Notes under the pieces: model-generated
What the model was told of the DNA's origin: nothing
The model's database searches: none
Seen by the model: only the letters and a program-made list of their open reading frames with translations
Shown here: positions 24,776 through 38,204 of the stretch, one piece after another
Layout of the letters: the number at the start of each line of letters is the position of its first letter
Numbering within the stretch: position 1 is the stretch's first letter
Assembly (NCBI RefSeq): GCF_018977255.1
Contig: NW_024704743.1
Location: forward strand, 26,414,001 to 26,478,000
DNA: 64,000 nucleotides
Direction: 5' to 3'
Source: Callorhinchus milii
Lineage: Eukaryota
Position numbers and translations under genes: made by a program

Positions 24776-25789
24776 CGTCTGGATATAAAATAGGGCAGTC
24801 CCTGGATCAGTGATGTTCCTGTCACCAAATTTGCCCTGTCTTGAATTCAGCCAAAAACTGAGCAAGAGCAATATAATTCAAAAACAGATACACTCATCAG
24901 AGAAATACAGCCATTAATCCAAAAAGTTTCACCAGTACTGCCAGAAATTGTGGTGAGTTCATTTTTAAAATTATATATAATATAATTATTATCCAGTGTT
25001 CCTGGATTTGGTTTACAAAATATGGTCCTCCTTTATAAAACCCAAAACCTAATTTGGCTTTTGGTGGCGTTTTCTGCTTTTTGTTCTTGTGCAAATCGTA
25101 CTCTCCAATATCATGCAAAAACAGTGGGGGATAATTTAATTTGTGGCTATGCTGAATGGGTAAATGCATCTCTAATATGAAACCAACCAACTGACAATTT
25201 ACTGTCTAAATTTCCTCGACAATTTCCTTAAAGTGTAGTGACTGTGTATTTGTAGGCAAAATCTGTTAATCTAACAATTCCCCAGATAAAATTGATCATT
25301 CACTTCATGGTAGATTGCATTGTGTGCAAATTGGCTGCTGCGTTCACCTACAAATACACAGTCTGTATACTTCACAGTAAAAAATCCTGTGAATTGCTTC
25401 GATACATCATGATGACTTGATAAGGTGCTATATCAAATGCAAGGATTATTCTTCACCTGAATTTCTAGTAATCTGACTTTATACATTCTTAACCAGCTCC
25501 CTCCTCCTCCGGGCCATGGATTCCATGTTCCCATGAGTTCTGGAACATTTATATTCCATACTACATCTTTATCTACAGTTAACCTCAAAAAACCTTCCAT
25601 CATTTTCCTAAACATCTAGCTCTTTGAAATTGTGCTGACGCAACAGGTGCAGTTTTAGCAAGGAGAAATACGTGGGAAGAGCATTTAAAATGTGATTTAA
25701 AAATGTAAATAGTGCGCCAGCAAAACGGGCAAGAAACCTCTACTAGGAAAAGGCGAAAAGAAGCCATTTCCTCATAAGTTTGCACTTCC

Positions 25790-26165
25790 TGTCTCTCCCA
25801 ATTGCTCAGTGGGCAGGAGTGTTGCATGGTATGGAGCAGAGCCATACAGACCAAGATGGTCCCAGGTTCGATCCTTGGTCTGTGCTGAGTGATTTGATCT
25901 CAGCCTGGGAAGTAACAGGATCATATAATTAGCTTGTGGCCCTTAGCTTGAAATGGAGAACTGATCAGCTGAGTATTCTTGCTCCTTATTGCTCCCGTGA
26001 ACCTTGTTGAAATGTGCCTGTTGACCAAGAAAAAGGTTGGGTCCAGCTGTGAAGTTCTCAGTGTACCCTGTTAACACTGACTGTCCAGATACACACAGAG
26101 AACCCTTACTAGCATAAGGTACCAGAGAGCAGCCGGTATTGAGTCTGTACTTTCAAGAAGAGGAG
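25790..26165 (+). mobile_element. LF-SINE-like element, near full length
   Basis: gagccatacagacc..ggtcccaggttcgatccttggtctgtgctgag head through aaggtaccagagagc 3' part. Confidence 0.75.
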
Positions 26166-26359
26166 GGTTACAAATTTGGGGAAATTAAAGGAATTTGTTG
26201 TGGTTTTACCATCTGAAACCCTCATACCCTAGGAAACGTTTCTAGCAAAAAACATTATGTGCGTAGGCAATATCAGTGTTGCATATGGAACTGCGTTCTG
26301 AATATAGTTGATGAGATATCATTGCATCTTACACAGTGTGTCTGATTCAGGCACAATTT

Positions 26360-26748
26360 GGAATCCTGTAGCTCAGTAGTTAGAGCACTCACCTCGCATG
26401 CGAGATACAGACCTGGGTTTGATTCCCGGGCAGAACCAAACGTTGGGCAAGTTTCCTTACTCCACTCGCCTCTGTTTACCTAGCAGTAAGTAAGAACCCG
26501 GTTATTAGTCGATTGGCGGATCGCTTTTCTGTGGGTAATAATTCCTTCAAAAAAAAATAATTTGACAATTTGATCACTCAATCCATGGCTGTTTGTGGGG
26601 CACTGCTGTGTGCAATTTCCCCCATTGTTGTGCCGCGTTTCACCCACAAAACAAACAGTCAATTCAATTTACCGTATATTGTGTGAAGCACTTTGAGACA
26701 TCTTGCCTATAATAAGGCGCTATATCAAATGCAAGGATTATTATTATT
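26360..26748 (+). mobile_element. tRNA-Ala-like SINE, long form, full length
   Basis: tcctgtagctcagtagttagagcac A-box, ctcgcatgcgag anticodon arm, gggtttgattccc B-box, CORE-like segment, (tta)n tail. Confidence 0.92.
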
Positions 26749-27704
26749 AATTTCATGCCCCTCAGCCATAAACTGCTGACATTAACCCCAGTAATACCTC
26801 CACCTGCTGGCTTGATACGCAATTACACAATTATGCACAGGATATATTTTCAATAGAAAATGCAAATCTTATATTACTCCTGGATATTGACATGTTTGCG
26901 CAGAAGTAAGACTGACTGATGAAGAAATGTAAATAGAAGCAAAGGGATACTGAATTTTAAAGTCACTGAGTTATCGAGGCTACACATTAGCACAGGTCTA
27001 TATTTTCAAGAGAACAACTCAAAGCGCTTCACAGGATTTTACTGTAATATGCAGAGATTGTAGTCAATCAAGATGAGAGTAATAACAAGTACTCTTTGTA
27101 GACTATCTTTAACAATAGCATTTTGCGAGTATTACCATTTACTTGGAAGTCACCAAAGCTTCCAGTTGGCACAAAACAACTAAGACATTCTTTTTGTTAT
27201 TCTGAGGCTAAATTGATCAAGAAAAACAACTTATGTCTTCATGTTAGTTGTTGCTTCTCAACACTACCTGCTGTCTTAATTGGCAACAAAGGAGAGTTCT
27301 GTTTACATTGTGTAAGAATATCCAGTTACCTCATGTCTGCCATTTAATCATGTACACAGTGTAAACCAACCCCCATATCAGTGCGGGGTATGCTTTGCTT
27401 CATAACAGTATTACAGTAGGTATTAACACCACTGCCCTTGCAGTTTCAGGCAGTGTTTACTTGGGCACCAGTGCCTTGAAATGTTTTATCATATTAGTCT
27501 TAAGATCATTGTCTTAAAATTCAAAATTGTATAGGCTTATGGAAAATTCCTCAATTCAGTCCGAAAGGAACTGCAGAAAACCAACATCCAATTTAAGAAT
27601 GAATTCAAAAACTTCCACAATTCTGCGAGATCTTAAACCTTACGACAGCATGGTTTTACCTTGAGATTTAGTGCAATTCCAGGCCTATAACATTTAGGAA
27701 TTTC

Positions 27705-27905
27705 TGGTTCTCTCTCTGGCTTGTGCTAAATTAGTTGATTTTATTTGGAGCAACAATAGGGTCTCTATTATTGGCATCAGCTGCCCCTGTGCAAGGTATG
27801 GAACTCTATCCAGGAACTTGCTGGGCCCTTTTTTTCCTTGTAACATTTTTCCTGCTCCCTGTTGTTGGGCAGTGATCCATGTTGGGAGTATGGTGGCGGT
27901 AATGT
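27705..27905 (+). mobile_element. LF-SINE-like fragment
   Basis: tgtgctaaattagttgat..ttggcatcagctgcccctg..ttcctgctccctg..gcagtgatccatgttggg. Confidence 0.5.
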
Positions 27906-28839
27906 CAACAAAACCAACTTGCATTCATATAGTGCCCTTCATGTGGGGTAGCGTCTTGGAATGCTTGAATCAGAGTTGGACAGATTCAGCTTTGGTTTTA
28001 ATTATTCCCTGGCCATGTCCACAGAGAAGAGAAGAGCAGTCATTTGGACTGGATACTGGGGTGGAACCATATTCCAGCACATGTCTTCAGCTTCGAGAGA
28101 GGTAGGGAAAAAAATTGAAGTGGTAAAATAATTTATTATTGTTAATAATAATGGTAGTAATCCCTGAAGCATCTCAAAGTGCTTCACAGTTTCAGTAATG
28201 TGTGGTGGCTGACTGCAAACATAGAGGCTTAATATTATGGCACCTTTTTTGGCATTGTACTAATTGTTCAAGTGCACTGCGATGCTATCCTGTGTAAGGG
28301 CACTATATAAACACAAGTTAATGTTGTTGAATCCAAAGTAATTTGAAAGACGTTTCTTAGGTGGCGTGAACTGTAGTGTCAACATTTTGATGGGGAAATG
28401 TAAAAATTTTCTCTTGATGATTAATGAAATGTTTCTTTAATATATAACTATATAACTCCCCCTCTTTAATGTGTGTCTTTTAATTTGCTTTGGGTATGCA
28501 TGTGATTTTTGTAGTGTTATTGCCAGTGTTTAATAAACCCCACTCCCAGAGGTCAAGTAGCTTATTTGCAGCTTGTAAGCTGTTAATTTTGAAGCTTTGA
28601 TTGAAGTTTTGGTTGGTCGATTTGACGTGCTATTGGTGGGAAATTACCACGCAGTCAGTCGTGTGGAAAATATTATCCTTTTTCATTCACTCAACCTCCT
28701 CGAGCAAAAATTAATTATCTATAAAGTTGCTTATTTTTTTCTTTTTAGGCCAACTTTCATCAATAAATTCCTGGGTTTAAAATCTTTCCTGATCCGTTTT
28801 GACTAATTTCCATCCAAACTGAAAGGATTGGATGTGCGC

Positions 28840-29285
28840 ACAAGTACCTGACATCTCCTCATGTTTCTCAGTCTCTCAAGGCTTCATTCTGTCCCTGCTC
28901 TCTCTAAAACTCCATCCCCTCCCATTCTTCCCCACCTTTAAAGCCCATCTTAAGATCTTTCTTTTGACTGCACTTTTGACCAACTCGTCAACCGTTCCTT
29001 CATCAGCTCTTTCCAGTTTGGGCTCCCAGGTGATTCTGTGAACAACACCACCAACAAATTACATTTGTATAGCATCTTTCACAACAGGAGGACATCCCAA
29101 GGTGCTGGACTGTCAGGGATTTGGACCCAAGAAGGGGGTTGGGATCAGGAGAGGTGAAGAGCAGGGAGGGTAGGGTTAGGAGGGTGGCTGAAGGCATGGT
29201 TGAAGAGTACGCTCTTGAGACGTGCCTTGAAGGAAGCAAGGGAGGGAGCAAGGCAAAGGGACTATGGGATTGAGCTCCAAAGAGT
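28840..29285. mobile_element. Two L2 3' fragments tail-to-tail (+ 28840-29035; - 29041-29285)
   Basis: FPTFKAHLKIFL remnant on +; (caa)n tail, stem-loop and PSLASFKARLKSVLF on -. Confidence 0.75.
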
Positions 29286-29388
29286 GAAGCACTTTGAGTT
29301 GGCCTCCTGCCTCCTGAAATTAAATGGACTATGTAAATGTAAAATTATTGTTGTTCTATGTCTCTTTCTAGCTCCTTATGTATAGAGT

Positions 29389-29659
29389 GGAGTCCTGTAG
29401 CTCAATGGTCAATTCCAGGCAGGGCAAAACCTTGGGCAAGTTTCCTTACTCCACACGCCTAATAATAATCCGTCCAAAACAAAACAGTAATAAATTGGTC
29501 ACTTTCAATCCATGACTGTTTGTGGGATACGCTATGTGCAATTGTTTCGCCCACAATATACGGTCAATTCACTTTACAGCATATTCTGTGAAGCGCTTTG
29601 AGACGCCGAGAAGATGTGAAAAGCGGTATATCAAATGCAAGTATTATTATTATTATATT
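29389..29659 (+). mobile_element. tRNA-Ala-like SINE, short form, with head deletion
   Basis: ggagtcctgtagctcaatgg..ccacacgcct|aataataatcc junction, body and tail. Confidence 0.88.
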
Positions 29660-31227
29660 AAGTGCCTGGAATGTTGTGTTCTAATATTATCCCCTCTTCA
29701 GTATAAAATTAGAACACATGGGCGTAAAATTAGCTAATTAGCAATTTCATTATAAAACATCATAAAAAAATTAAAACTATGTGGGGGATGCAGTATGTTA
29801 TATTATAATGGAGCACAATTATGTGAGCACCTAGTTAGGATTAATAGCTATGATAATAATAATCCTTGAATTTGATATCGCGCCTTATAATATTGTTGAG
29901 ACATCTCAAAGGGTTTCACAGGGTTTATTGTAAATTGTAGTGATTGTGAATACAGCAGCCAATTGTATTAAAGACCCAGTAGATGTGACTACACGCTTGG
30001 GTTTTCCAAGTCTCCCCCCCAAAGTTGGCTCCTACAATAATTGGGAGAATCCGTGTCAACCAGTCACTATAACTTCAAATTCAGAAATCTTTATAGGAAC
30101 CTCATTGAAATAGAGGAGAGTGTTCTCCAACCATTAGTGCTCAAAGTAAAACACTCAGGCCGAAGGTTGTGGTTTTGAGCCCCACAACAGAACATTGAAC
30201 TCACATCGACTAGTTCACACTTCAATGCAAATCTAAGGGATTACGAACAAAATAGCACATCTCCCATTCAAACTAGCAAAGCTTCTGTTCCCTTAGGCAA
30301 GGGTTCCCAACCAACTGGACACATGGGGCTTAAAGCCATGTCCGTAGCCTCTTATGTGGTCAATGTTTTCAGCATTAGCCTACAATCTATTCTGAATTCT
30401 GGGACAAGTAATAATAACAACTTATATTTATATCGCGCTCATCACGCAGGATAATAATGCTTGGATAAAGTACCTTTATCAACAGCAAGGGAATACTCTG
30501 GAGGAAGTCTCAAAGTGCGTCAAAAAGATATACGATGAAGTGAAATAACTGTATATTTTGTAGGCAATGACAACAGCCAATTTCTGTACAGCAATTTCCC
30601 ACAAACCGTCATGAAATATTGTAACCAAATTTTACTATCCGATAGTAAAATTAAATAAATGTGCAAAGCAATGGAACAATTCTTCATAATGACTATCCTG
30701 AAGAAACTAAGTTTGTACAAAATCTATTGTCCTATGTTTATCAGTAAGTGTTGATTGACATGAGTCTCCAAACTTATCACTGCTTTCTGTTTGGTTACAG
30801 AAATAACCCACAGCCCTGAATGTTCAAAATAAAACATTTTAAATTCATTTTTTCCGGCATAAAATGCTGGAGGGTTGAATTTGAAGCAGGAACACCATCT
30901 GTTTGACAATTAAACATAAGTGCACAATCGACAATTTTCTGTCTGGCTCATATTTTAATTATTCTCCTGAAATTTTTCCATCACATCCCTCCCACCTTTC
31001 CAATCTTTGGGGATCCAGAATCGACACCAAACCATAGAGACTGAGTTGTCTTTTTCTCTGCATGCTGAAAAACCTGTCAGGGTTCAAGTATGGTAGTCCC
31101 CAGGTCCTTGTTCTCTCTTCCTAAGATAAAGATTCACTACTTATCTGTTTTTGTTTGAATTGAGTTCAAAGATGAAAAAGCTGTGGTGGAAGAAAATTAT
31201 TTTACGGGATATCCTAATAGAGACTAA

Positions 31228-31945
31228 TTCAACAACAACATGCATTTATATAGCGCCCTTCATGCCGGACGGCATCTCGGAGAGCTTAGAGGCAGAGCCC
31301 GATGCCGAGCCAGGGGGAGGGGGAAAGGTGACAGTTTGAAGAGGAAGGTCTTCAAGTACGACCTGAAAAAATGGGGGGGGGGCAAGGCAAAGGGATTGGG
31401 GGAGGCAAAGGGTTTGGGGAAGAGAGTTCCACAGCTTCGGGGCATAGTCATTGAAAGCACAGCCACCAATGTTGGGGCGGAGGTTCTGGGCGACAAGGAG
31501 GAGGCTGAAACCAGTCGAGCGGAAGCAGTGGGTAGTCGTGTAGGGAGAGATGTTATTGGAGAGATGGGGGTGCCAGGGCATGAAGAGATTTAAATAAACG
31601 AGTGAGGATCTTGAAATCAACAACAACAACTACTTGGATTTATATAGCACTCTCCACGCTGGACGGCATCTCAGAGCGCTTTACAGTTTAGGATCCCGGG
31701 GCCGAGCCAGGGGGAGGGGTGGGAAGGTGACCAAAGGCGCGGTCGAAAAGAAAGGGCTTCAGCAGAGATCTGAAAATGCGGAAGAGAGGGAGCGAGACCA
31801 AGGGAGTGAGGAAGGCAGTTCTAGAGCCTCGGGGCGTAGTGGCTGAAGGCACGGCCGCCGAGGGTGGAGCGGAGGACTCGCGGGACAAGGAGGAGGCCAG
31901 ACCCGGAGGAACGAAGGCAACGGGTACTGTGCTGAGGAGAGAGGA
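31228..31945 (-). mobile_element. Two tandem L2 3' fragments of the older subfamily (31228-31617 and 31618-31945)
   Basis: Two (caa)n tails at 31230 and 31618; IGGCAFNDYAPKLWNSLP and RSLLKPFLFDRAFG remnants. Confidence 0.88.
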
Positions 31946-32847
31946 AAATCAATAATAATATATTACTATAATCAAGCGGAAAATCAATCCGCTCTGCGAT
32001 ACGGTTTGTGACAGGCCAATGGAGTTTGACAAGGACTGGGGTAATGGGGATAAATTCACAGCTTCTAGCAGACTTTGAGGCCAGAATTATTTCATCGTCT
32101 TAGTTTTAATCTCATTTTTTTTTAAATTGAAGATGGTGCAACATTTTCCAACATTTTGGAAAATTCTTACCATGGATCCTAGCCTTCCACAGTGGCTTTA
32201 AAGAATAAGTTTCCAAATTAGGACTAAATAAAATAATTTTCCAAAATAATGTACCACCTTAAATTTCAAAACAATGATCTTTAGGTTAATAATATGAAGG
32301 ATTTTGAGACTCATTGTACAAAAGACACAGGATCTCTTCCTATAGACTCTTATTGTTATTGTTCAGATTCTAAGCCAATCGCTCTTTATCTTCACCAGAT
32401 ACAAACATGTGTATGGTTACCGGATATGATAACTTGTAACTCGATAGTAAGTTGGTTGCCTGCTATGTGCTGAAGATGATACTGTATACCAAGCACAGTC
32501 TTTGATTGTGGTTAATTTTAGCCTTGCTCAGATGCATGTATTGTAGAGTCTTCTAAAACAGGTTTAATTATGTTTTGTAAAGTGTGATTCTGACATAGTA
32601 TTGTAACCTGCTTTTGTTTCACTCAACCATGAATGTGGTGAAGAAAATTTGTTAAGCTGTGCTCTTGAATGAGTCAGGTTGTGAGACTGTGGGAAGCCCC
32701 CTATCCCAAGCCGTGTTATACCTTGCTACTGAAAGCAACCGTAATAAACTGAGTTGTGTATATATAAGTAAAATAAACATGTGTGAATAATTGCACCGCA
32801 CATTGGCAAATTCACCTTGCGACATAATGTTCATCTCTTACAGAGGA

Positions 32848-33250
32848 TCTCAGCCTGGCTCAGTGGGAGCACTCTCACTTCTGAGTCAGAAGATTGTGGG
32901 TTCATGTCCCATGTTGGAACCCGGAACTCCTGCTGACACTCATATTGCATTGCTGGAGGTGTAGGAAGAATGAAATGTTAAACTGAGGCCCAATCTGCCT
33001 GTTCAGGCTGATGTTAAAAATCCCATGGCACTATTTGAAAACAGAAAAGAGTTTCTCCCAGTTTCCTGACCAACAATTCACCAAATAAAATTGGCCAATC
33101 ACTTCATGGCTTTTTGTGGGATGTTGCTGTACGTAAAATTGGTTGCACATTTGTCCACAGCACAGTTACTACACTTTATAGTATATATCCTGTGAAGTGC
33201 TTTGAGACACCTTCCCGTTGTGAAAGGTGTTATAAGGATTATTATTATTA
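32848..33250 (+). mobile_element. Deu-domain SINE, full length
   Basis: tcagcctggctcagtgggagcactctcacttctgagtcagaag head, Deu core, tail. Confidence 0.85.
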
Positions 33251-33389
33251 GCAGTATATTATTATTGTTGCTGTTATTATTATCAATTGTTACATCAACT
33301 GTTGAGAACTTTGCTCTGACCTGCAATCTCCTCAGTACACACTAAATGTATCATGTTTTTGGTTACTGATTTGATAATTGATTAACCCG

Positions 33390-33535
33390 ATGTCCCAAAG
33401 CACTTCGCAAGATATACTGTGAATTGGGCACTGGAAGAAACTCCCTTTTCTTTTTGAGTACTGCCATGGGATCCTTAATGTCCACCTGAAAAGGCAGAGG
33501 GGACCTTGGTTTAAAATCTCATCTAAAGGATGGAT
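33390..33535 (-). mobile_element. Deu-domain SINE fragment
   Basis: gtactgccatgggatccttaatgtccacctgaaaaggcagaggggaccttggtttaa. Confidence 0.7.
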
Positions 33536-36500
33536 ATATAAAGTAGTATATACAGTGCACACAAGGCCACCTCAGACTCTTATTTCAAAGCACAGGAAGA
33601 AAGTTAGAGCAGAAAATCTAATTGGAGGTTATGAATAGGATACAGTAAATAGAAAAACACTTTTATTCAGAGAGTGACACATGCATGAAATATTCTACCA
33701 AACATTGGAATGGAAGCAAATGCACTGTAGTGATTCCAAACAATTAAATTCCTTATGAGCTAATGTACTGAAGCATTAATGTTTGGTGAGCCAGTGGTCA
33801 TTTCTCATCAAAGCCTTTCTTCTTTCTTATTTTATTTGAATTGGGCTTTACAAAATAAATGAAATCACAGATTTCTAGCAGGCTTTTGAATCCCACAGCT
33901 TGTTCAATAACAGATTTAGGAATAGTGGATTGTGTGTGTCAAGTAATCCTTCGCAACACTGATCATGTCTGCAGACAACTTTCTGAAAGATGCTACAGGA
34001 ATGTAAGATAGAGACAAATAAGGACTTCAGAATGATTTACTTTTTATTCAAATTTGTATATCATGTTACTGAAATCAACCATAATAATAAAGATAAATAA
34101 AATAGGACACATTAGCCTGTGTGCGGGGCACATTGGTCTGTGGCAGCATGCTGGTGATTTGCTTGTGATTTGACATGGATATCCTGAATTGTTATGGGAT
34201 GAGTGACAAAATTGTGCTGTTTTGTCTCAGGCTGGTTGCAGCCATGTGACAAGTGTGGGAAAGAGCCGTAAAGGGTTCAGTAATTGGAGAACACTCCGAA
34301 AGCCTTTTCAGGAGATTGAATGCTTGTAACCAATAGGATGAGGCAGGCCACAATTCTTTCAAACCAATTCACTGTTCAGGTTTCTTTCATTCCGCCATCG
34401 CTTGTGGAATGAAGGAGCTTTATTTCTCCGTTCACAATGACCCTTTGTATTAAAACTCTGATAGCATATGGTGAGTGGGTGGGGGGGGTGGAGTCTTTTG
34501 AGTGGCAAAAAGCACTGGATTTCAATACAGACTTTAACGTGCCAATTCTGACGTGCCAACACGGAGTTTAATTGATAGCATGTTTACAGAGTCCCCAGAA
34601 ACACTAACTGCACCATCCGACTTCAATCTTGCTGCTGCATCACACAGGAGAAATCAAAACTCAGCACACCGTCTCCTACACTTATTCTTTCCAGGAGCTT
34701 GAGAGTGTGGAGTTCCTTACCACTCCTTATAATCCACAAGCTTTTGAAACCCAAGCTTAGTGTTAATGGTTTGTAAATTTATCTGTCGAATTTTGGATTT
34801 CTGACCCTTTTTGAATAAAAAAACCCTGTAATACAGAGTTCTAACAAGTGCTTTCAAACCAGAAATTCCTAAAGTGTTGAATAGAAATGACCTGGATGTG
34901 CTTGAGATGAGTTTCCTTCACGTTCCTGCTTCCTCCACAGTCAGTGAGTGGGCATAGGTCAACCTCTTTCGGTGTACAGGTAACCTTTGCTTTTTGTGTT
35001 AAAGATGCAGCTGCAGCCCTCTCCTCATTACGGCATAGATCCAGCTGTGTCTTCAAACAAAACACGAAGGTTTCCTTGCACGATGTTCAGTTGTGTTCTG
35101 GGTTCCAGTTCGTGCCTTTCACACCTTCTTGTTGTTGGTATTGCTGCCCATGTCTTTGAGTGTTCCTGACAGCAGTGCAAAATAATAATAATCCTGGCAT
35201 TTGATCTAGTGCCTTTCACGTTGGGAAGACATAATAATAATACATAATATTTGTCTGTCATTGAACAAATACACCTTTGGGTAAAGAAAGCTTAGCTTGT
35301 TGTATTTTAGCTTGCATACTGTTGTGTTGCAACACCAGGACTGAAAAAATGTCTCTTCATTGAACTAGTGCTAAATCTGAACCACTAAGCCCTGTGTGGC
35401 TCAGCTTCACAATTTTCTATCAGGATTAAAAATACAGATGCTCAATCTGCAAACCTTGATTTTATTAATGCTAACTTCTACTGATCTCGACCAAGTTGAG
35501 ATAAACTAGGACTTTTGGTGCAAATTGAGTAGCCTCAATGTTTTTAAAATTAAATTCATGTATTTGTTTTGCATTGTTGCCATTCTTACGTAAACAGTTT
35601 TTTAAATATATATTGTATAATCGTTACATTGTTCTGAAAGAAGGCATTGCGGATCACATAAGCATAAACAACATTTTGCTTATGCCACTTGCCTGTTGTC
35701 ACCTGTGAGGTTTTGGCTGTTTTATGAGGGATTTATTCACTGTATCTCATCGTGTCTCAACCAGCATTTGGCTCACCTTATCATCCAAGACATGAATCCA
35801 AATCCTTTTTCTAAAATGCTAAAAGTATGGAACTGGACCATGCTGACCAGGAAGGGTTCAGGTTTGTTTCCTGACCTATGGTGACTTAGTCCAGGGTAAT
35901 GGAGTGCAAAACCAATTGGCTTTCGTGAAAAAAAAGATGGACCATGGAGAGTTATATTGCAGTATTGCATAATCAGGCACCAAACTCCAAAACTCTCTTT
36001 ACTTGGCTTTGGATAGATCTCTTTAGCCACACTGGCAGATGTTTACTGATGAAAGAAAGTAATTCTTGTGACACCATTGCAACATTCACTGAAGACTTCC
36101 CTTTTTTGTTGTCTTTTAGGTCAAAATTGATTTGTGCAAATTCGGCCTGGGTAACAGGACATTCTCAGGAAAGATGACTTTAGGTCATGGAATTGCTTTT
36201 CTGTGTTTTGAGACCTCTCCAGTTCAGAGTCTCTTCATAGTTTTGTTTTGTTTGTATCTTTTCCCACAAGGTTTTATACTCCTCTCCACTGGCAGAAACA
36301 ACACCTTGCTATCCTCACTCATTTGCCGATACAGCAGTTAATCTCATTGTTTCAGAGCTTCCCCCAGTGGAAAAAAAACATATCAGTTAAGATTACCATT
36401 CCTGGCCATTATCCAGCGTTTTTTGCTGGGACTGCATCTGTGTGGACATCGAAAGGTCCAAAGTATCTGTTAGTCGTAGTCTAAAATTGGCCATTGTGCT

Positions 36501-38204
36501 AAAATTTAAAAATTTAAATGGAATCTTAATTTGTGTAAGTTGGTTATCTGCAGTTATAAAAGGAAAAATTCTGCACGGTCTTAAGTTTCAAGATGAAAGT
36601 CTTCAAGCTGAGACCAGGAGACGTTTTGAGCCTCAGGTGAGCTCAGATAGGTTCAATTGTGATGTCTCATCCTCTATGGTCAAATAGTCTGACACTTGCT
36701 GCTTGGAGCCACGCATGAGGAACAGTTATTAAGAAGCATAGAAATGTTGTGGGATTTCCACTTTCCAAACTATTTTTCCTTATGAATTCACTGAGTGAGA
36801 TTATGTATGCAAGAATTACCGACGAACATTTAGTTTGTGGTTTGAATTGAGTGTCCACAGAGAGCTGATGGAGATTGCTCGATCCCAGTTCATTATCACC
36901 GTTAACTGTTATGGGAGAGTCCAGACGTTTTACCCTCTGTGACTAGGATTGATTTTAACTCCTTCAGATAAAAGGTTGAGATTTTAGCACAGTGGAATGG
37001 GCAGTGTTTATTTATTGATAGCATTCGCTGCTTTCTGTTGGGAGTTTCTGAGTTGCTTCAAAGTAAAAACCCCTCATTTGTACTTTCAGTTTGCAGACTA
37101 GAGATTTTGTGATATGTCTTGGAATTAGGCCTGTGTAAATTGTACTCTTTGTCAGCTGAAGGCCCTTTTGCAAGTTGTGAGACAGAAATGATATTAAAGC
37201 AAATCCCTAATTTTCCTGTAAATTTCTAAATAAGAGTTTTTAAAAAAAAAGCATGCCAGGTGTTGCTTAGTTTACTTATGGGTTTAACTGAATACATTTC
37301 CTTCCTTGACCTTCATAATGACTGTTACTATTAAAATTAAATGAGTGGAATTCTGCATACAATCCCAAAGGACAACTTAAGATCTGATAGTGAGGGTATG
37401 TGTACATGTACGACTGACTAACTGACTCATTTAATAATAGATCAGGACTTGGTAATTAGGAATTAGAGTTTGTTTCAAGCAACATACAAGCTTCCTGTTC
37501 AGGGAACACCAGCCTGCTCCATGTCTCCCATTCCACCCACCGCACACTTTGGCCACACGTTGGCCACACTTTTGGTCACTCCCCGGCCCGCAGGCACACA
37601 CACGCACGCACACGCCTTCTCTTCCCCTTTCTCCCTCCTCAGGCTCACAATTAGCTTTGTGAAGCACTTTCAGATGTCCTCCTGACATGAAAGGTGCTAT
37701 GTAAATGTATATTTTTGGTGGTAGTGGTGAACGATTCTTAATATCATGAGTTGATCCAGAATACATTTCCAAAACCTGTGTGTGGATCTGACTGCGTACA
37801 GGTTGTACAGCAGAGATGCTTCATTGTTTGATGATAAATTGTTTTTCTTCTCCTCAAGTCTACAGAAGGTTTATTTGATCTATTTCAGCTACGGAAAGTG
37901 TGATTACCATTGTGGTGCCGTGAAAGCGTACCAGCAGTGCAAGCTGAAACTGAGATATTGGGGTTTAATCTGTGGGGAATTGAACAGGAATCATAAATAC
38001 TGAAGCTTCAGAAACTGGATGTGTCGAATCCTGATCCATTGGAACTCTCCTTGGACTCCAATCTGATTTCTTACTTGCACCACAAAAAATCTCCTGGAGC
38101 ACGCTAGGGTCCAGCTGAGATTGGTGTCCGGGCATATTTTAGTGGGTTGGCATGAGACCATCAGAATCCTGAAAGGTGCAGGATTCATTATAATATAAAT
38201 ATTA

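Noticed and set aside
30298..30335. caagggttcccaacc resembling a hAT TIR
   Set aside because: No matching second TIR or TSD found.
34941..34979. 39-nt AG…GT bounded candidate exon (SVSGHRSTSFGVQ) and nearby CCAAT/CRE-like motifs at about 34330-34555
   Set aside because: Too short to support without transcript data; such motifs occur by chance.
36271..36484. Good polypyrimidine acceptor followed by open frames
   Set aside because: No convincing donor and no recognisable peptide.
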